A DNA stretch of 64,000 bases from Felis catus (GCF_018350175.1 NC_058368.1:100938001-101002000), one strand, 5' to 3'; positions 1-12,839 are shown, counted from the stretch's first letter. The notes: generated by a model from the sequence alone, not told the origin. A program made the numbers and translations.

Positions 1-1571
1 TTGCCTCCACACTGTCCTGCTTTAACTCTGGGACCCGACACTAGAAAGGGATTCTGCATCCTATTAACCAAGCCCGGACATGGGAGCTGTGCTTCTTTTG
101 TTTGTGTTTCTCAGGGTGTATTCCTCATCGGATTCTTGGCAGCATCTTTGAAGGAAAAGAATTTTCTTTATTGAATTAGTGACCAATTTTTTTTTCTAAA
201 AAAAAAATATATATATATGAGACTTTGAAGCATATGGATATGTTTTGAGAAGAAAATAGTTTCTATTTTCACTAATTGACCAAAGAAAAGTATATTTGGG
301 GAGGTTTCCTGAAAAACCAAATGTTAGTATAAAATATTGATTAAATTCATAAATATTTACCATTTGCTTGATAAAAGCACGTTTCTTAAACGGAGTCAAA
401 GAACAGACGACTTTGTTTCTGATTCGAAGAAGTACAAATATACAAATATTTTATGTTTGGTGATTTAATTTTGTCTTTTCAAATAAGTAATACATATAAG
501 GTAGAAATACAGAGCCAGAGGGGATCTGAGTTCATAATCACAGCATTGTGACCTCATATTTCATGTGCTACCGTTAAGTAGTTTTCTTTAGGGTTAAAGT
601 AAGCATGCTTTTAACACTCTTTCGTGTCTTGTGACCTCAAGTTTAGCTTTTTCCAGAAGGGTGACTGAAAGAGGAAATTAGGCTTACTAAGTAATTGAAC
701 CGTGTTCCTTCATCTTGGTGTTGACCACATCTCGCTCAGCAGAACGGGAGTTCAAGACAAACTCTTGAAAATAACATATCACCTTCTCTTCCATTCTTGC
801 CAAGCATCCTTCCCCCACCCCACCTTAACATTGTGTTTTCATGAGGATTTCACAATATCTCTCATCCCTTGTTCCCAGTCTTGACCCCAATGACCTAAGA
901 ATCAAGAAAATGTCATGTTAGTGCCTACTAATTAGCGCACCCAGAGAGCCTTTTCTTCTGGCCTTTCAACCTTCTGGAGGTAGGAACGCAAGCTGTCACT
1001 GGCATCATGCAGGGAAAATGAGCCTTTACTACGTTTTCCCTGTTTTGCAAACAGCGGAATAAGCCCAGCTGAGGCTAGAGATGAATATGCAGCTTAGGAA
1101 GAAATTAACCTAAAATGCACTGCCGTTTGCCTGATTGTCTTCTAGGTGACACAGCATGGCCGGGCGTCGAAATACCCACCCGTAATGGAATGCTCCAGCC
1201 TGCTGTGTCTGCCAGACTCTCACTGTTGTCAGACAATTTGTTTCAATACCATCATACTCATTGGTGAAATAATTTTAAGGGAGGAATGTGCTCTGATTTA
1301 AAAAGTTTAAGGAGCATCCGAATGCATTTAAGTTTCTGTTGTTTTTAGACACGTTACAGGGAGACCTCACTTGGTACTAACTAAAGCATTTGGCTGGAAT
1401 GCTCATTAATCAGTGCTGTTGGACCAGGGTCTCCTGAGCCTTCTGGGTTTTGGGGGCTCAGCTACTGTAATTAAAGGGATGAAATATATCATGGTCACAA
1501 ACTTACCACATCAGACACCTGAGGGGTTTGAACTGGTGGAATTAATCTTTTTTTAAATTTCTTTTCTTTAG

Positions 1572-1655
1572 GTGTTTAAGATAGAAGTACTAATGAATGG
1601 AAGAAAACATTTTGTTGAAAAAAGGTACAGCGAATTTCATGCCTTGCACAAAAAG
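1572..1655 (+). CDS. SNX24: Sorting nexin 24 internal coding exon (exon 2 by recalled human structure), PX domain: [28 protein letters not shown]
   Basis: Acceptor tttcttttctttag|GTG at 1571/1572 and donor AAG|gtaact at 1655/1656; 84 nt, phase 0-0. Contains the PX-domain RYSEF motif; peptide recognised as SNX24 (SNX22 is the close paralogue). Confidence 0.95.
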
Positions 1656-2301
1656 GTAACTTTTTTTCCCTTTTCCTTGTATGTTAGATGCTGTAAGGTT
1701 AAGACTGTGTTTTCTGTGAGCATTAACAGTTCCTGGACAATACAGTTTCTTTTATCATGACTGAGGTTTTCTTTTAAAATAAATTATTCAGTCCCTTAAA
1801 GGTGTGCTTTTTGAGTAGGTGGGTTTTCTGTTAAGGTCTTTTACATAAATAGATGTGAGGGTGTAAGCTCTTTGGGTGTTATGGGTTCACAAAGAATAAG
1901 ACTGACGCCTTATTTCATCCATGAAATACACTTAATGTGCTTTACAAAAAGGAAAGAAAGAAGCAAATGATGACTTTACAGGGAGAAATTTATTAAAATC
2001 AACTTACAGGTATCTGGAAAAGTAATATGCATGTCACATGTGTCCAGGAGCATTTGGGGAAAACGTAAAAGGAGAACATGCACGATCCTTTTGAATTGTA
2101 AAGGCCACTTTGTAAGATTGGCGTTCGAGTTCTTGGATTCCTTTCATTAAAAGTCTGAGATAAAAGAAACAAGAATTCAAAAGGAATGGCTGAGTTTGGG
2201 GAGAAATGGTAAAGAATAGAAGAGTGAATACTTTTTATTTTCTGACAAAATTTAATGTTTTGCAGGCTAGAAATTATTTTTGGGGTGCTGACATTACCTT
2301 A

Positions 2302-2304
<3 letters not shown>

Positions 2305-2341
<37 letters not shown>

Positions 2342-2410
2342 ATATACATGTATATATATGTATATATGAGTATATAAACACATGCATGAATATGCACACA
2401 CACGTAAATG
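2305..2410. repeat. (TG)n microsatellite followed by degenerate TA/CA tract
   Basis: Perfect TG run about 2305-2337, then tatatacatg-like alternating purine-pyrimidine sequence. Confidence 0.95.
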
Positions 2411-3801
2411 TATGCCATAATTCATTTTCTTCACTTTTGTTACTTTATTAGCTAAGAAGTTAGATGGGAAGATACTAACTGAATATGTTAAGAAAGAGAG
2501 TCTATTCTTTTAATTTTATTAAAGACCTCTTAAATGTTCTGGAAATTATCAGTACATAAATCATGTGACAGTGTGCTTACTCTATATTAAAAGTTCTTTG
2601 GTTATTTTTTTTAAAGTGAATTTCCCCACTTTTCTTTTTTTTTAAGTCAAGAGAATGGAGTATTCAGTATAAACTTTACCAGGATATTATTGAAAAATCA
2701 GTGAAACTGTTTCCCTCTGTACACTTTTCTCTTAGAATGGCAGGGGATAACATAAAAGTCATTCCTCAATTAAAATTTTGTTAAATCCAGATTCACTTCC
2801 AAAAGAAAGAACGCAGGTGGGTACAGATTTAAACCAGACGTTGCTGTTAGCTTTTAGGAAAGCTCCAACCTAGGAGTCTGAGAGAGGAATGAACCTGGAG
2901 TCTGGGTCTCCGTGCCTTCGCGAGGGCTTCTGTTTTTGTTTGCTTGTTTTTCATGGAAGCAGATCCCAGGGAGATTTCTGCTGGGCACCTCCTGCAATAA
3001 ATTCTGACGCTAAGATTAAAACCAGATCTCAGCCCCCTGCTCAGCCTCTGATGCCCAGGGTACGGACTAGGGCGCCTGTCACATGCAGGCTGCCTTCCTA
3101 ACCTCCTAGCTCACCATGACCTCGACACAACCCAGCTGTCCCCAGCAGATATTCCAGGAGCAGCTCCACACCAGGCACAGCTGGGTGACTGCCAATTAGG
3201 CCCGCCCCGAGCGAGAGCCTGCCGTGCTTCTAACCAGTGCAGGGTCGTTCCCCCTGTGCTCTTCTCGAACAGGATTTTATTTTCTCCCCAGCGATTATAG
3301 GCAGTTCTTAGATACTCAGTCAGAAAAAAATTCCTGGGTTTTCTGGGATTCTTGTCTCAATTTCTGCATTTCGGTTAAGAAGGTTAGCTATTCTTACAAT
3401 CATATAATCAGGCCTACCAGAGTTGAGAGAGTAAAAATTCTCAAACGTCTCAATTTTGTGTGTTTAAAACATCCTGGCTGGTACATAGAGATAAAAATGG
3501 CTTTGTGAGGCAGAGTTTTAGTTACGGATTTACTTGCCCCATTGCGATCGTATTAGATTTGGCTAAAAGGTTACCATAGAAGCTAGTTAAGTACAAATCA
3601 TGGTAGTAGTGTGTGCAAAAAACAGAAATCTGTCATCTTGAGTCTACAACTGTGTTAAGGATTGAAATCAGCCAAAAATTTACTCAGAATCCACAAGCTC
3701 TACTGATCGCTGCTGCCTGTGGTACAACTTGACCTTTTTATTACATTTTGATACCCCAGTTTCCGTATTTGAATTCTGTGATGTGTTCCGAGTGCTGTTT
3801 C

Positions 3802-3910
3802 TTTTTAAGATTTTATTTTTAAGCGATCTGTGCACCCTGCACGGAGCTCGAACTCACAGCCCTGAGATCGTGAGTCACACGCCCCACTTGACTGAGCCAG
3901 CCCAGCGCAC
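3802..3910 (-). mobile_element. Short older CAN-SINE
   Basis: tttttaagattttatttttaag...ctcgaactcac...ctgagatc...gactgagccagcc; tRNA-derived head on the minus strand. Confidence 0.85.
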
Positions 3911-4314
3911 CTTGGGTGTTACCTTTTTATCGAAAATATTTTCCTTTTAAATTCAGTCAAGTCTATTATGTAGTTTTCTTGCAATCCTCAACTATTTCTG
4001 CGCTGTGTGCAATTTGCTGTGCTGCTAGTTTCCTGGTTTTTCCGAAATTTTACTTTTCCTTCTCACTTGTTAAAAGTGTTTGGCCAGTGTCCCCAAGTTA
4101 ATTCTAAAACGATAAATGAGCTATTAACAGGTGCTTTGCCTGTTTAGAATAACAGGGGCATAGCTCTTCTGTGTGCCTCAGACAAAAATGCTTCCTGGCT
4201 TATTGTCAGGCTAATTTTGAGGCAGAAGGTGAGACTGTTACCCATTTCACAGTTCATCTGGTTGTCTTAAGAAAGTTCTTAATGATTATCACTGCTCCCA
4301 AACTTTAATAATTG

Positions 4315-4546
4315 TTTTTTTTATAATTTTATTTTTTTAAATTTTTTGATGTTTATTTATTTTGAGAGAGAGAGCAGGGAAGGGGCAGAGAGAGAGAGGG
4401 AGACCCAGAATCTGAAGCAGGCTCCGTTACTGTCAGCACATAGCCCAGTGCAGGGCTCGAAGTTTTGAACCATGGAGATCGTGACCTGAAGCATGGGCTG
4501 AAATCAAGAGTCAGACACTTAACCACCTGAGCTACCCAGGCGCCCC
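4315..4546 (-). mobile_element. Felid CAN-SINE (SINEC_Fc-like)
   Basis: T tail, (GA)n tract, ends ...cccaggcgcccc. Confidence 0.95.
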
Positions 4547-4759
4547 TGTACGAAAACATTATCCCATTCGTTTACACTTTTCTCAGGATTTCTTTCTATT
4601 TTGGGGGAACATTCAAAAGGTGTTTTTTGTTTTTTCATTTTTTTCACACCATAAAGCTAAACCTTGCAGGAGGTTTGGGGACAGGGTAAATAACCCATTG
4701 TTACCCACACATATTTCTACTCTGCTACCATAATGGCTGTTTTCCTTCTTTTCTTGAAG

Positions 4760-4886
4760 TTTTTATTTTTGTTTTTGTTTTTTTAAGATTTTATTTTTAA
4801 GCATTCTCCCTACCCGACGTGTGGCTCGAAATCACAACCCTAAGATCAAGTCGATTACTCCACCGACTGAGCCAGCCACGTGCCCC
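4760..4886 (-). mobile_element. Short older CAN-SINE
   Basis: ttttaagattttatttttaag...gactgagccagccacgtgcccc; degenerate TSD ttcttgaa. Confidence 0.85.
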
Positions 4887-4949
4887 TCTCTTCTTGAATT
4901 TTTTAGTAAAGCAAATGCTGCTGGGCTCACCATGTTCCTCCATGGTGGT

Positions 4950-5150
4950 AATTACGGTGTCGAGGTTAAGTGTGTAGGCTCTGGAAGCAGAATTTTCCTG
5001 AGTCTGCCTTTACCTCTTCCTGGCTGTCAAGTTCATGGAGCAAGTTACAAGATCTTTCTGTGTCTCACGTTCCCCATTGGGAGAATGGGAATAATTACAG
5101 TACTAACGTCATAGGATTATTTTACAAACTAAATGACATTGTGTGTGCAT
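4950..5150 (+). mobile_element. MIR remnant
   Basis: ggttaag..ggctctgga..gcaagttac..tctgtgtctca..aatgggaataat core similarity. Confidence 0.75.
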
Positions 5151-5464
5151 CATATGGTAAACTTCCAATTATTGATGGCTTTCATTAGATATAATATTTT
5201 CCACATTCAGGGTGGTTTCCTTATGCTAGATTGCAAAAAGAAGCTTTCTCTGTCAAAGGATTTGCATATATCCTACCAAATTTCTTTTCACAATGGTTAT
5301 AGCAGATTTAAAATGCAGCCAGCACATTGGAAAGCACCACAAAATCTCATTGTGTTTGAATATTACCCCCCAAAATTATATTTATTTACTTTAGCAAACA
5401 ATGTATGTTGCCTTGTTGCTGTTTTCATTGGTGTGTCTTAAGTTTGTTTAGAAGTTGTATTCCC

Positions 5465-5680
5465 TGGGTGCCTGGGTGGCTCAATGGGGTTAAACATCCG
5501 ACTTCAGCTCAGATCATGATCTCACCATTCTTAGGTTCGAGCCCCGCATCCGGCTCTGTGCTGACAGCTCAGAGCCTGGAACCTGCTTCAGATTCTGTGT
5601 CTCCCTCTCTCTGCCCCTCTCCTGCTTGTGCTCTGTCTGTCTCTCTCTCAAAAACAAAAGAAACATAAAAATAAAAAAAG
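5465..5680 (+). mobile_element. Felid CAN-SINE with TSD agaagttgtattccct
   Basis: gggtgcctgggtggctca head, (CT)n, A tail; TSD at about 5450-5465 and 5679-5694. Confidence 0.95.
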
Positions 5681-6039
5681 AAGTTGTATTCCCTTTTTTT
5701 GGACTGGTCTATCTACTAGAGTCTGATTTATTTTTACCCGTTAGTTTGTGTGGCCTGCTAATAAAATTTTAGCCATTTGCTGAAAGTACTTTTCACACAG
5801 GACCTTTTGGCTCTGATATTTATTTTAATTTACAAAAGCTTTAAATGTGTATGTTATCTGTTACGTCAATTTTCACTCTCTCAGATTCTGAATAGTAGTC
5901 ATTTCTTCCAGAGTGGTGATGAGTATCTGCTTCCATTTTCTCTTAGCTTTTCTAGATTGGTATTTTTCATAGCGTGCACCTTGGACCATCTGTAACAGAA
6001 CAGTATTGAATGACGTGAAGATTCTGTGTACTACCGGGA

Positions 6040-6360
6040 CATGCTGAGTTAGAATCTCCGTGATGGAGCCCTGTAATGCGTCCTTTATTTTTATTTATTT
6101 GTTTGTTAAAAATGTTTGTTTATTTTGACAGATAGAGCATGAGTCAGGGAGGGGCAGAGAGAGAGAGGCAGAGAAAGAATCCCAAGCAGACTCCCCGCTG
6201 TCAGTGCAGAGCCCCGTGTGGGGCTCACGAACCGTGAGATCATGGCTCTAGCCAAAATCAAGAGTCAGATGCGCAACTGACTGAACCACCCAGGCACCCC
6301 AGTTTTCTGCCCTTTAAATCAGGATCCCAGGTGATCTCAGTGCCTCTTGAAGTTTGACAG
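6040..6360. mobile_element. MER5-like hAT MITE remnant split by a SINE
   Basis: gagttagaatctcc..ggagccc before the SINE and cccaggtgatctca..aagtttga after it. Confidence 0.5.
6084..6300 (-). mobile_element. Felid CAN-SINE
   Basis: T-rich tail, gaatcccaagcag, ends cccaggcacccc. Confidence 0.95.
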
Positions 6361-6777
6361 TTCCTATTGTGTGGTTATATTTTTAGAGGCATCTCTTAGA
6401 CAACCCTCCTCACCCACCCTCTGCCTATCAGGTGCACTGAAGCCACAAGGTTTGAAACCTCAGGGGTCTTATCTGTGTTTCTCTTACCTCCTGTGTTCAG
6501 AGCATCACCAAGTCCCGTTGATTCATTCTTCCAAATTTCTATAATGTGCACCATTTAATTTTCCTCTTCTCTTTTTCCCTCCCAAGCCAGAGTCTTACTA
6601 ATTGTCTAAGTATTGCTTTAGCAATTTCTGATCCTTGTCTTCTGATTCTTTCTCTGCTACAGATCAGTTTCCGTAAAGCACCATTTTCATCATTCTGTGG
6701 CGCAAATACATTGAAATGGGTCGGTGTTGTCAACCGTATCATGGACATTGACCCTCACGACCACTTATCTTAAACTC

Positions 6778-7225
6778 TCTATTAGTTTCCAATTACTGGT
6801 AGGATTAGTCATCACAAACGTAGTGGCTTAAAGCAACACGCATTTATTATGCATCGGCGGGCCGCGTTCCCCCTGGGAGGCTCTGGGAGAGAATCGTTTC
6901 CCGCCTTTTCTCACTTACAGAAGCTGCTCAGAGTCTGTGGCTTGTGGCCTCTCCATCTCCAAAGCCAGCAGTATGGTCGGTCACTGCAGGTTCTGTTTCT
7001 ATCATCACCTCTGCTGTCTGTGCCTCTACCCTCTCTGATGATGACACTTCCGCCTCTCCTTTGAGATTCCATTGGCTGTACCTGCATACCCCAGGATAAT
7101 GTCTCCAGCTCAAGATGCTTGACTTAAGCCCATTCTTTGGCCAGGTAAGGGGACACAGTCTCAAGTTCTAAGGGTCAGGACATGGACATCTTTTGCAGGA
7201 GGGAACCGTTAGTCTGTCAACCACA
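6778..7225 (-). mobile_element. MaLR solo LTR (MLT1-type)
   Basis: tattagtttcc..cacaaacgtagtggcttaaagcaacac..ggaggctctgggagagaatc..aaagccagca. Confidence 0.8.
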
Positions 7226-7461
7226 AACTCCTTTTCTAGTTGACCTTATTTCTCACTTTCTCATGAGAAAACAGCGGTGGCAGCCAATTAGCCTCCCCAC
7301 TCACCCTCGTGTAAGAAGATCGCTGTCTGTCTTTGCCGTGCTGAATGGCCTTCCCTCTGTGTTCTGATCTGTTCAAACCAAACTGAAATACTGCACATTC
7401 TCCTTCTTTCCTGGGAGTTTCTTTTATTCCCTCAGGTCTTTGTTCTTGGAATTGCTGTTCC

Positions 7462-7573
7462 TTTATTTTATTTTATTTTTTTAAAAAGTAATCTCCATGC
7501 CCAACGTGGGGCTCAAACTCATGACCCCAAGATCGAGAGTCACATACTGTACTGACTGAGCCAGCCAGGCACC
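7462..7573 (-). mobile_element. Short older CAN-SINE
   Basis: gtaatctccatgcccaacgtggggctcaaactc..gactgagccagccaggcacc. Confidence 0.9.
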
Positions 7574-8715
7574 TCCTCGTCTTCCTTTAGAGTAGACGTT
7601 TCTGCTTAAATTTAAAGCATGTAAGAGATCATTAAAATTTACTTGTCTCTAAGTCTTGTCTAACTAGAAGACACTTTTTGGGGGGTTTTATACACGTCGG
7701 GACTGTATCTTATCTTTCATATCTTCCTCCCTGCCTATTAGTGTTGGGCATGTATTAGGCATTAAATAAGTAGTCGGCAAATGGGATGTTTGGAGGACAT
7801 TCTGCATATTTATGAATTAACTGGAGGAATGTTTTGGCTAAAAAACTCATTTCGATTGTGGGAGTTGAGTTCCCTGTAATTTCCATCCCAGGTTACACGA
7901 GTAATTCCTTTGTAGCTGTGTAGTCCCACATGGGACCAGCACGCACACCACACTGCAACCCAAGCGGGCCCCCACTTTGTTCCTCTGTGTTCACTCTTAG
8001 CCTCGTATCTTTAAAAAAAAAAAGTTATGGGGATTCCTCCCTACTGTTGAGGCCCGGCGGTGATGGGAAGAGCCTTAGGCTTGTATGAGTTTCCCCTGTG
8101 CCCCAGTGGCACCTGCCCGCATCTCCTGTAGACAAGCAAGTTGCCACTTTACATGGTGGTCCTTGAGAACAGCTCTGCCTCCCCAGGCCCACGGTCACCG
8201 GCGTGCGGAGAAAGTCCTGCCCTGCATGGCCAACTGGGGAGCATATTTTACATGCCTTCTCAGCTGTTCACTTTCCGTTCCGGCCCAGAGGTTTCAGGGA
8301 AATACGGTGCTGGTTTGTTACGAAATTAACTGTCCTCATTCTTGTTATTGCCTACTTTTGGCTTGAATAAAATAGTACATTCTTATATTTAAATTAATGA
8401 AGTACACATTTCAAAAGAACCCGAAGCTGCCATATGGGGTCACACCAGGAGTAAAGCGCCTCATGTAGTGCTTCTAGAGGGAACCCTGAGGACGGACGGG
8501 TACCGAGGTGGAGGGAAAGGTTGAATTTTACCCCAAAGGCTCCTCACTTCTTTCCTTAACCTTTTTGTCACATATCCAGCTCTTTGTTTAGGTGCTTGGG
8601 AAAGTATCTATGTTCCTTTCTCTGGAAGATTGGCACTATCACCAGTGAATACGTGGGACATCTGTGTGGAGGAAAGTCTGAGTAAACTCTTTGAATGGTA
8701 TAAAGAGGAAAGGGA

Positions 8716-8843
8716 GGGGTGCCTGGCTGGCTCACTCGCTGGAGCGTGCGACTCTTGATCTTGGGGTCGTGAGCTCGAGCCCCACGTTGGGCATAGAGAT
8801 TACTTACAAAAACCTTTTAAAAATTAAAAATAAAAAATAAAAA
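8716..8843 (+). mobile_element. Short older CAN-SINE
   Basis: ggggtgcctggctggctca..gagccccacgttgggcatagagattact, A tail. Confidence 0.9.
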
Positions 8844-9245
8844 GATGACTCCAGGCAGAGGGGATTGTGCCTTCAGTATCACGGAATCTGGTGGCTATCC
8901 GCGTGGATCTGAAAGGCCGTGTGGCCGGACGCAGCATGGCCAGAACAGTTAATCATCCCATGGAGTGGCAGAGGAGTATTTATCTTGTGAGCAGCTGAGC
9001 CCTGCTGGAAACATATTGTCTTGGGTTTGTCTCTCCTCATCTAAAGCAATTCATTACTCACCTACAAACGCTGTCACAGATCCCCGCAGCTATGATGATC
9101 GGCCTCCTCCATACTCCTGACATAAATAAAAAGGAAAAGTGTTTTCAGTACTCTATCTTCAAGATTTAAAAAAAAAAAAAAAGAGAGACAGATAATGGAG
9201 TTGATTTTCTATTTTACAATGTAAGAAATGTCACGATTCAACAGT

Positions 9246-9426
9246 TTTTTTTTTTTAATGTTTATTTATTCTTGAGAGAGAGTGAGCAGGGAAAGGGCAG
9301 AGAGAGAGGGAGACACAGAATCCGAAGCAGGTTCCAAGCCTGACGTGGGGCTCGAACTCACAAGCTGCGAGATCATGACCTGAGTTGAAGTCGGATGCTT
9401 CACCGACTGAGCCACCCAGGCGCCCC
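9246..9426 (-). mobile_element. Felid CAN-SINE with internal deletion, TSD cacgattcaacagtttt
   Basis: TSD at 9232-9248 and 9426-9442. Confidence 0.95.
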
Positions 9427-9652
9427 ACGATTCAACAGTTTTAAAGGAAGTTTCCTGATGAGGTTTAAATTGTAACCGAATAAATTTATTACCACAGAAT
9501 ACTTGAGCATTTTTGGCTTTGTCTCTGTTTGAGAAATACCTCAAATGGTGTAGAGATGAGATATATATTTATTCCCATACAATCATAAATGGTTTCTCTC
9601 TCTCTCCCTTGTTCCTCAGTATTGGATCAGTCTCATAAATAAATGAACATGA

Positions 9653-9875
9653 GGGGCGCCTGGGTGGCGCAGTCGGTTAAGCGTCCGACTTCAGCCAGGT
9701 CACGATCTCGCGGTCCGTGAGTTCGAGCCCCGCGTCAGGCTCTGGGCTCATGGCTCGGAGCCTGGAGCCTGTTTCTGATTCTGTGTCTCCCTCTCTCTCT
9801 GTCCCTCCCCCGTTCATGCTCTGTCTCTCTCTGTCTCAAAAATAAATAAACGTTAAAAAAAATTTTTTTTTTTTT
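9653..9875 (+). mobile_element. Young felid CAN-SINE (left unit of a dimer)
   Basis: ggggcgcctgggtggcgcagtcggttaagcgtccgacttcagccaggtcacg; CpGs intact. Confidence 0.97.
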
Positions 9876-9888
9876 AAAGAATATTATT

Positions 9889-10125
9889 GGGGCACCTGGG
9901 TGGCTCAGTCAGTTAAGCGTCTGACTTCAGCTCAGGTCACGATCTCGCAGTCCGTGAGTTCGAGCCCCGCGTCAGGCTCTGGGCTGATGGCTCAGAGCCT
10001 GGAGGCTGCTTCCGATTCTGTGTCTCCCTCTCTCTCTGCCCCTCCCCCGTTCATGCTCTGTCTGTCTCTGTCCCAAAAATAAATAAACGTTGAAAAAAAT
10101 TTTTTTTAAAAAATAAAAATAAAAA
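9889..10125 (+). mobile_element. Felid CAN-SINE (right unit of a dimer)
   Basis: ggggcacctgggtggctcagtc head, (CT)n, A/T tail. Confidence 0.97.
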
Positions 10126-10424
10126 AAATAAATGAACATGTGCTAGTGTTTCCCATTTAACATAATACCTTTGCCTCCCTGCTTCCCTCCCATGTTGCCC
10201 ACATTACTCTCCTTTCTTGGTAGAATTCCTTGAAAATGGAGGCTCTGCTCTATCCCTTCCTACTCCCTCCTTACCCACTGTTTGACTTCCCCAGCCTGGC
10301 TGGGCAGTCGGACTGTGCCCGCTTCTTGGAGCCCTTTCTTGTCTGAAGGTGCAGTTTCACCCCCTGCTCAGTGCCTGCCTGCTTCTCTGCCCTGCCTCTC
10401 AGAATCAGAGATCTCTGCCATTGT

Positions 10425-10920
10425 AGCCATGTCCCATTGCAGTGTAAGGAACTGCCACTCACTCAGCAGCTTAAAACAAGACAACTGTATCATTTGGGAG
10501 TTTCTCTGGAGCACGAGTCCAGGCACAGGTGTACTGGGTTCTCTGCTTAGGGTCTCACCAGGTGGGCATCCAGGTGTGGCCAAGGCTATGGTTCCATCTG
10601 GGGCTCAGGGTCCTCTTCCAAGCTTGTTTAGGTGAAAGTAGGTTTATTGCTGTCATGGGGCTGAGGCCCCCCCCTTTTTTTTTTTGCTGATTTTTTGGCC
10701 AAGGGTAGCTCTCAGCATCTATGCCATGTGGTTGGAACATGGCAAAGCCATGAGTCTGTGTGCTAGGACCGGGTCTCATAAAAGGTAACCTCATCAAAGG
10801 AACGGCTGTCCTGCCCACATTCACTGATCCCATATGACCCCATGGGAGGGGATTATGTAGGCACACATGCACTAAGGGGCAGGGATCTTGGGAGCTGTCT
10901 TCAGATTCTGCCATCACAGC
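10425..10920 (-). mobile_element. MaLR solo LTR (MLT1-type)
   Basis: ccattgc..cagcttaaaacaa..gggttctctgcttagggtctcacc..gggtcctcttccaagct..tcagattctgcc. Confidence 0.8.
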
Positions 10921-11492
10921 AGTTTTTTCCCATCTGTGCCAACAGGGAAACACCCTACTGTCACGTCATCTAGTTTCATGGTTCTCAGTACCACTTAACG
11001 TATTCTGACGCCTAGATCTAGACTCCTTTCCCCCTGCCTACATTTTATCTCTCTGTGAGTGCCTCGGGGGCATCTGAGACTTAGAATCACCAAAACTAAA
11101 CAATGGGTTCCTTTGTGCCAGGAGTATTTTTCATTGGATATACTAGGAACTTGATTAGGTTTCTTAAACAGGTGCGAGAAGATTCTCACGTTGCAACAAA
11201 ACTAAAAGCAGACGCTCCAAGTTGATGTTGCAATTCTGCAGTATCCATATTCCAAGTTCCTTCTGGTCTTTCTGCTTTACCATCTTTATTTTAGCATGCA
11301 CCTTTCACTCTTCCGGTTACAGTACAGCGGCTGTCGCTCCAGGAGTGCTTCGCGTTTCTGTCAGGAAAAAGAGCCCCATTATAGTGCTGCTTGATTATGG
11401 AATCTCTCATGACCTCCTTAAAGTGAATTTATATTAAGTCATGCCCTTGCTCAAGACATTCACTAAGCTTCCCATTTAAAATGATATGGGGA

Positions 11493-11734
11493 GGGGTGCC
11501 TGGGTGGCGCAGTCGGTTAAGCGTCCGACTTCAGCCAGGTCACGATCTCGCGGTCCGTGAGTTCGAGCCCCGCGTTCGGCTCTGGGCTGATGGCTCGGAG
11601 CCTGGAGCCTGTTTCCGATTCTGTGTCTCCCTCTCTCTCTGCCCCTCCCCCGTTCATGCTCTGTCTCTCTCTGTCCCAAAAATAAATAAACATTGAAAAA
11701 AAAATTAAAAAAAATAATAAATAAATTAAAAAAA
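11493..11734 (+). mobile_element. Young felid CAN-SINE with TSD taaaatgatatgggg
   Basis: TSD at 11477-11491 and 11735-11749; CpG-rich body. Confidence 0.97.
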
Positions 11735-11745
11735 TAAAATGATAT

Positions 11746-11895
11746 GGGGGCGCCTGGGTGAGTCAGTTTTGGCTCAGGTCATGATCTCACAGTTCGATGA
11801 TGGGTTCGAGCCCCATGACAGGCTCTGTGCTGACAGCTCGGAACCTGGAGCCTGCTTTGGATGCTGTGTCTTCCTCTCTCTCTGCCCCTCCCCCA

Positions 11896-11949
<54 letters not shown>

Positions 11950-11980
11950 AACGAATAAACATTAAAAAAATTTTTTTTAA
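11746..11980 (+). mobile_element. Felid CAN-SINE with 5' internal deletion and long (CT)n
   Basis: gggggcgcctgggtgagtcagttttggctcagg; (CT)n about 11900-11946. Confidence 0.93.
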
Positions 11981-12475
11981 AAGGAGCAATGTGTGAGGAG
12001 AAAAACTTGTTTATCTGAGTTTTTGCAACTTTGAAAGACAATTGTGATTTCCTAGGCTGCTGTCTAGGCATTTTACAGTATGATAACCCTGCTCACACCC
12101 AGAGTCTGGACATTTAGGTAAGGACCTGAGTTCAGGATTCCCTCCATACATTCCCACTTGGCTTTCCTGGCACCTTTTAAAATAACCTTTTGGAGTCAAG
12201 CCCTCGGAAATTTGGTGACCTCAGTCCTGACCAGCTGAAAGTGATCAGTGATAGGTGCTTGTCACCCTGCTGTCTTGTCTCCTGCTTGTTCCTGACCTGC
12301 CACCCCTCCCCCGCTTCTGGGGTCTCTGACAAGTCTTCTGACTCTCTTTCCTCTCCGCGGGTGTAGTGAAACCTTGCCTTCATTCACAGCAAGCCCATAG
12401 GGTCCATTTCCCTAAAGTGGGAGCTCAGGTGTTCAGGACGTATGCCCCTTACTCAGGAGGTCATAATCTGCACAT

Positions 12476-12727
12476 TTTTTTTTCTTTTTTTATTGTTTAT
12501 TTACTCATTTATATCTTAGCGAGCAAGAGAAAACAAAAGAGCAAGGGCGAGAGTGTGTATGAGAATTGGAAAGGAGCAGAGAGAGAGAGGGAGCCGGAGA
12601 ATCCCAAGCAGCCTCCGCGCTGTCAGCTCAGAGCCCGATGCAAGGCTCGCTCTCACAGAGTGTGAGATCATGACTGAGTCAAAATCAAGAGTCAGACACC
12701 TAACCAAGTGAGCCACCCAGGTGCCCC
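12476..12727 (-). mobile_element. Felid CAN-SINE
   Basis: Ends cccaggtgcccc; degenerate TSD taatctgcacatt/taatctgtatatt. Confidence 0.93.
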
Positions 12728-12839
12728 TTTAATCTGTATATTCTTATTTCCAACACCAGGTCTGGCTTCCCGCTACACAGTCTCAGCAGGGTTTCCAAAT
12801 TTTTAATTAGAACATTAAACTTCATTCCATTTGAGTCCA

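Noticed and set aside
1656..1760. 3' part of ORF 1572..1760 (VTFFPFSLY...)
   Set aside because: Read-through past the AAG|gtaact donor into the intron; only 1572-1655 is PX-like, and the GTG is a Val codon rather than a start.
9653..9730. tRNA-like A/B box sequences (tggcgcagtcgg, gttcgagcc)
   Set aside because: tRNA-derived SINE heads followed by (CT)n and A tails; not tRNA genes.
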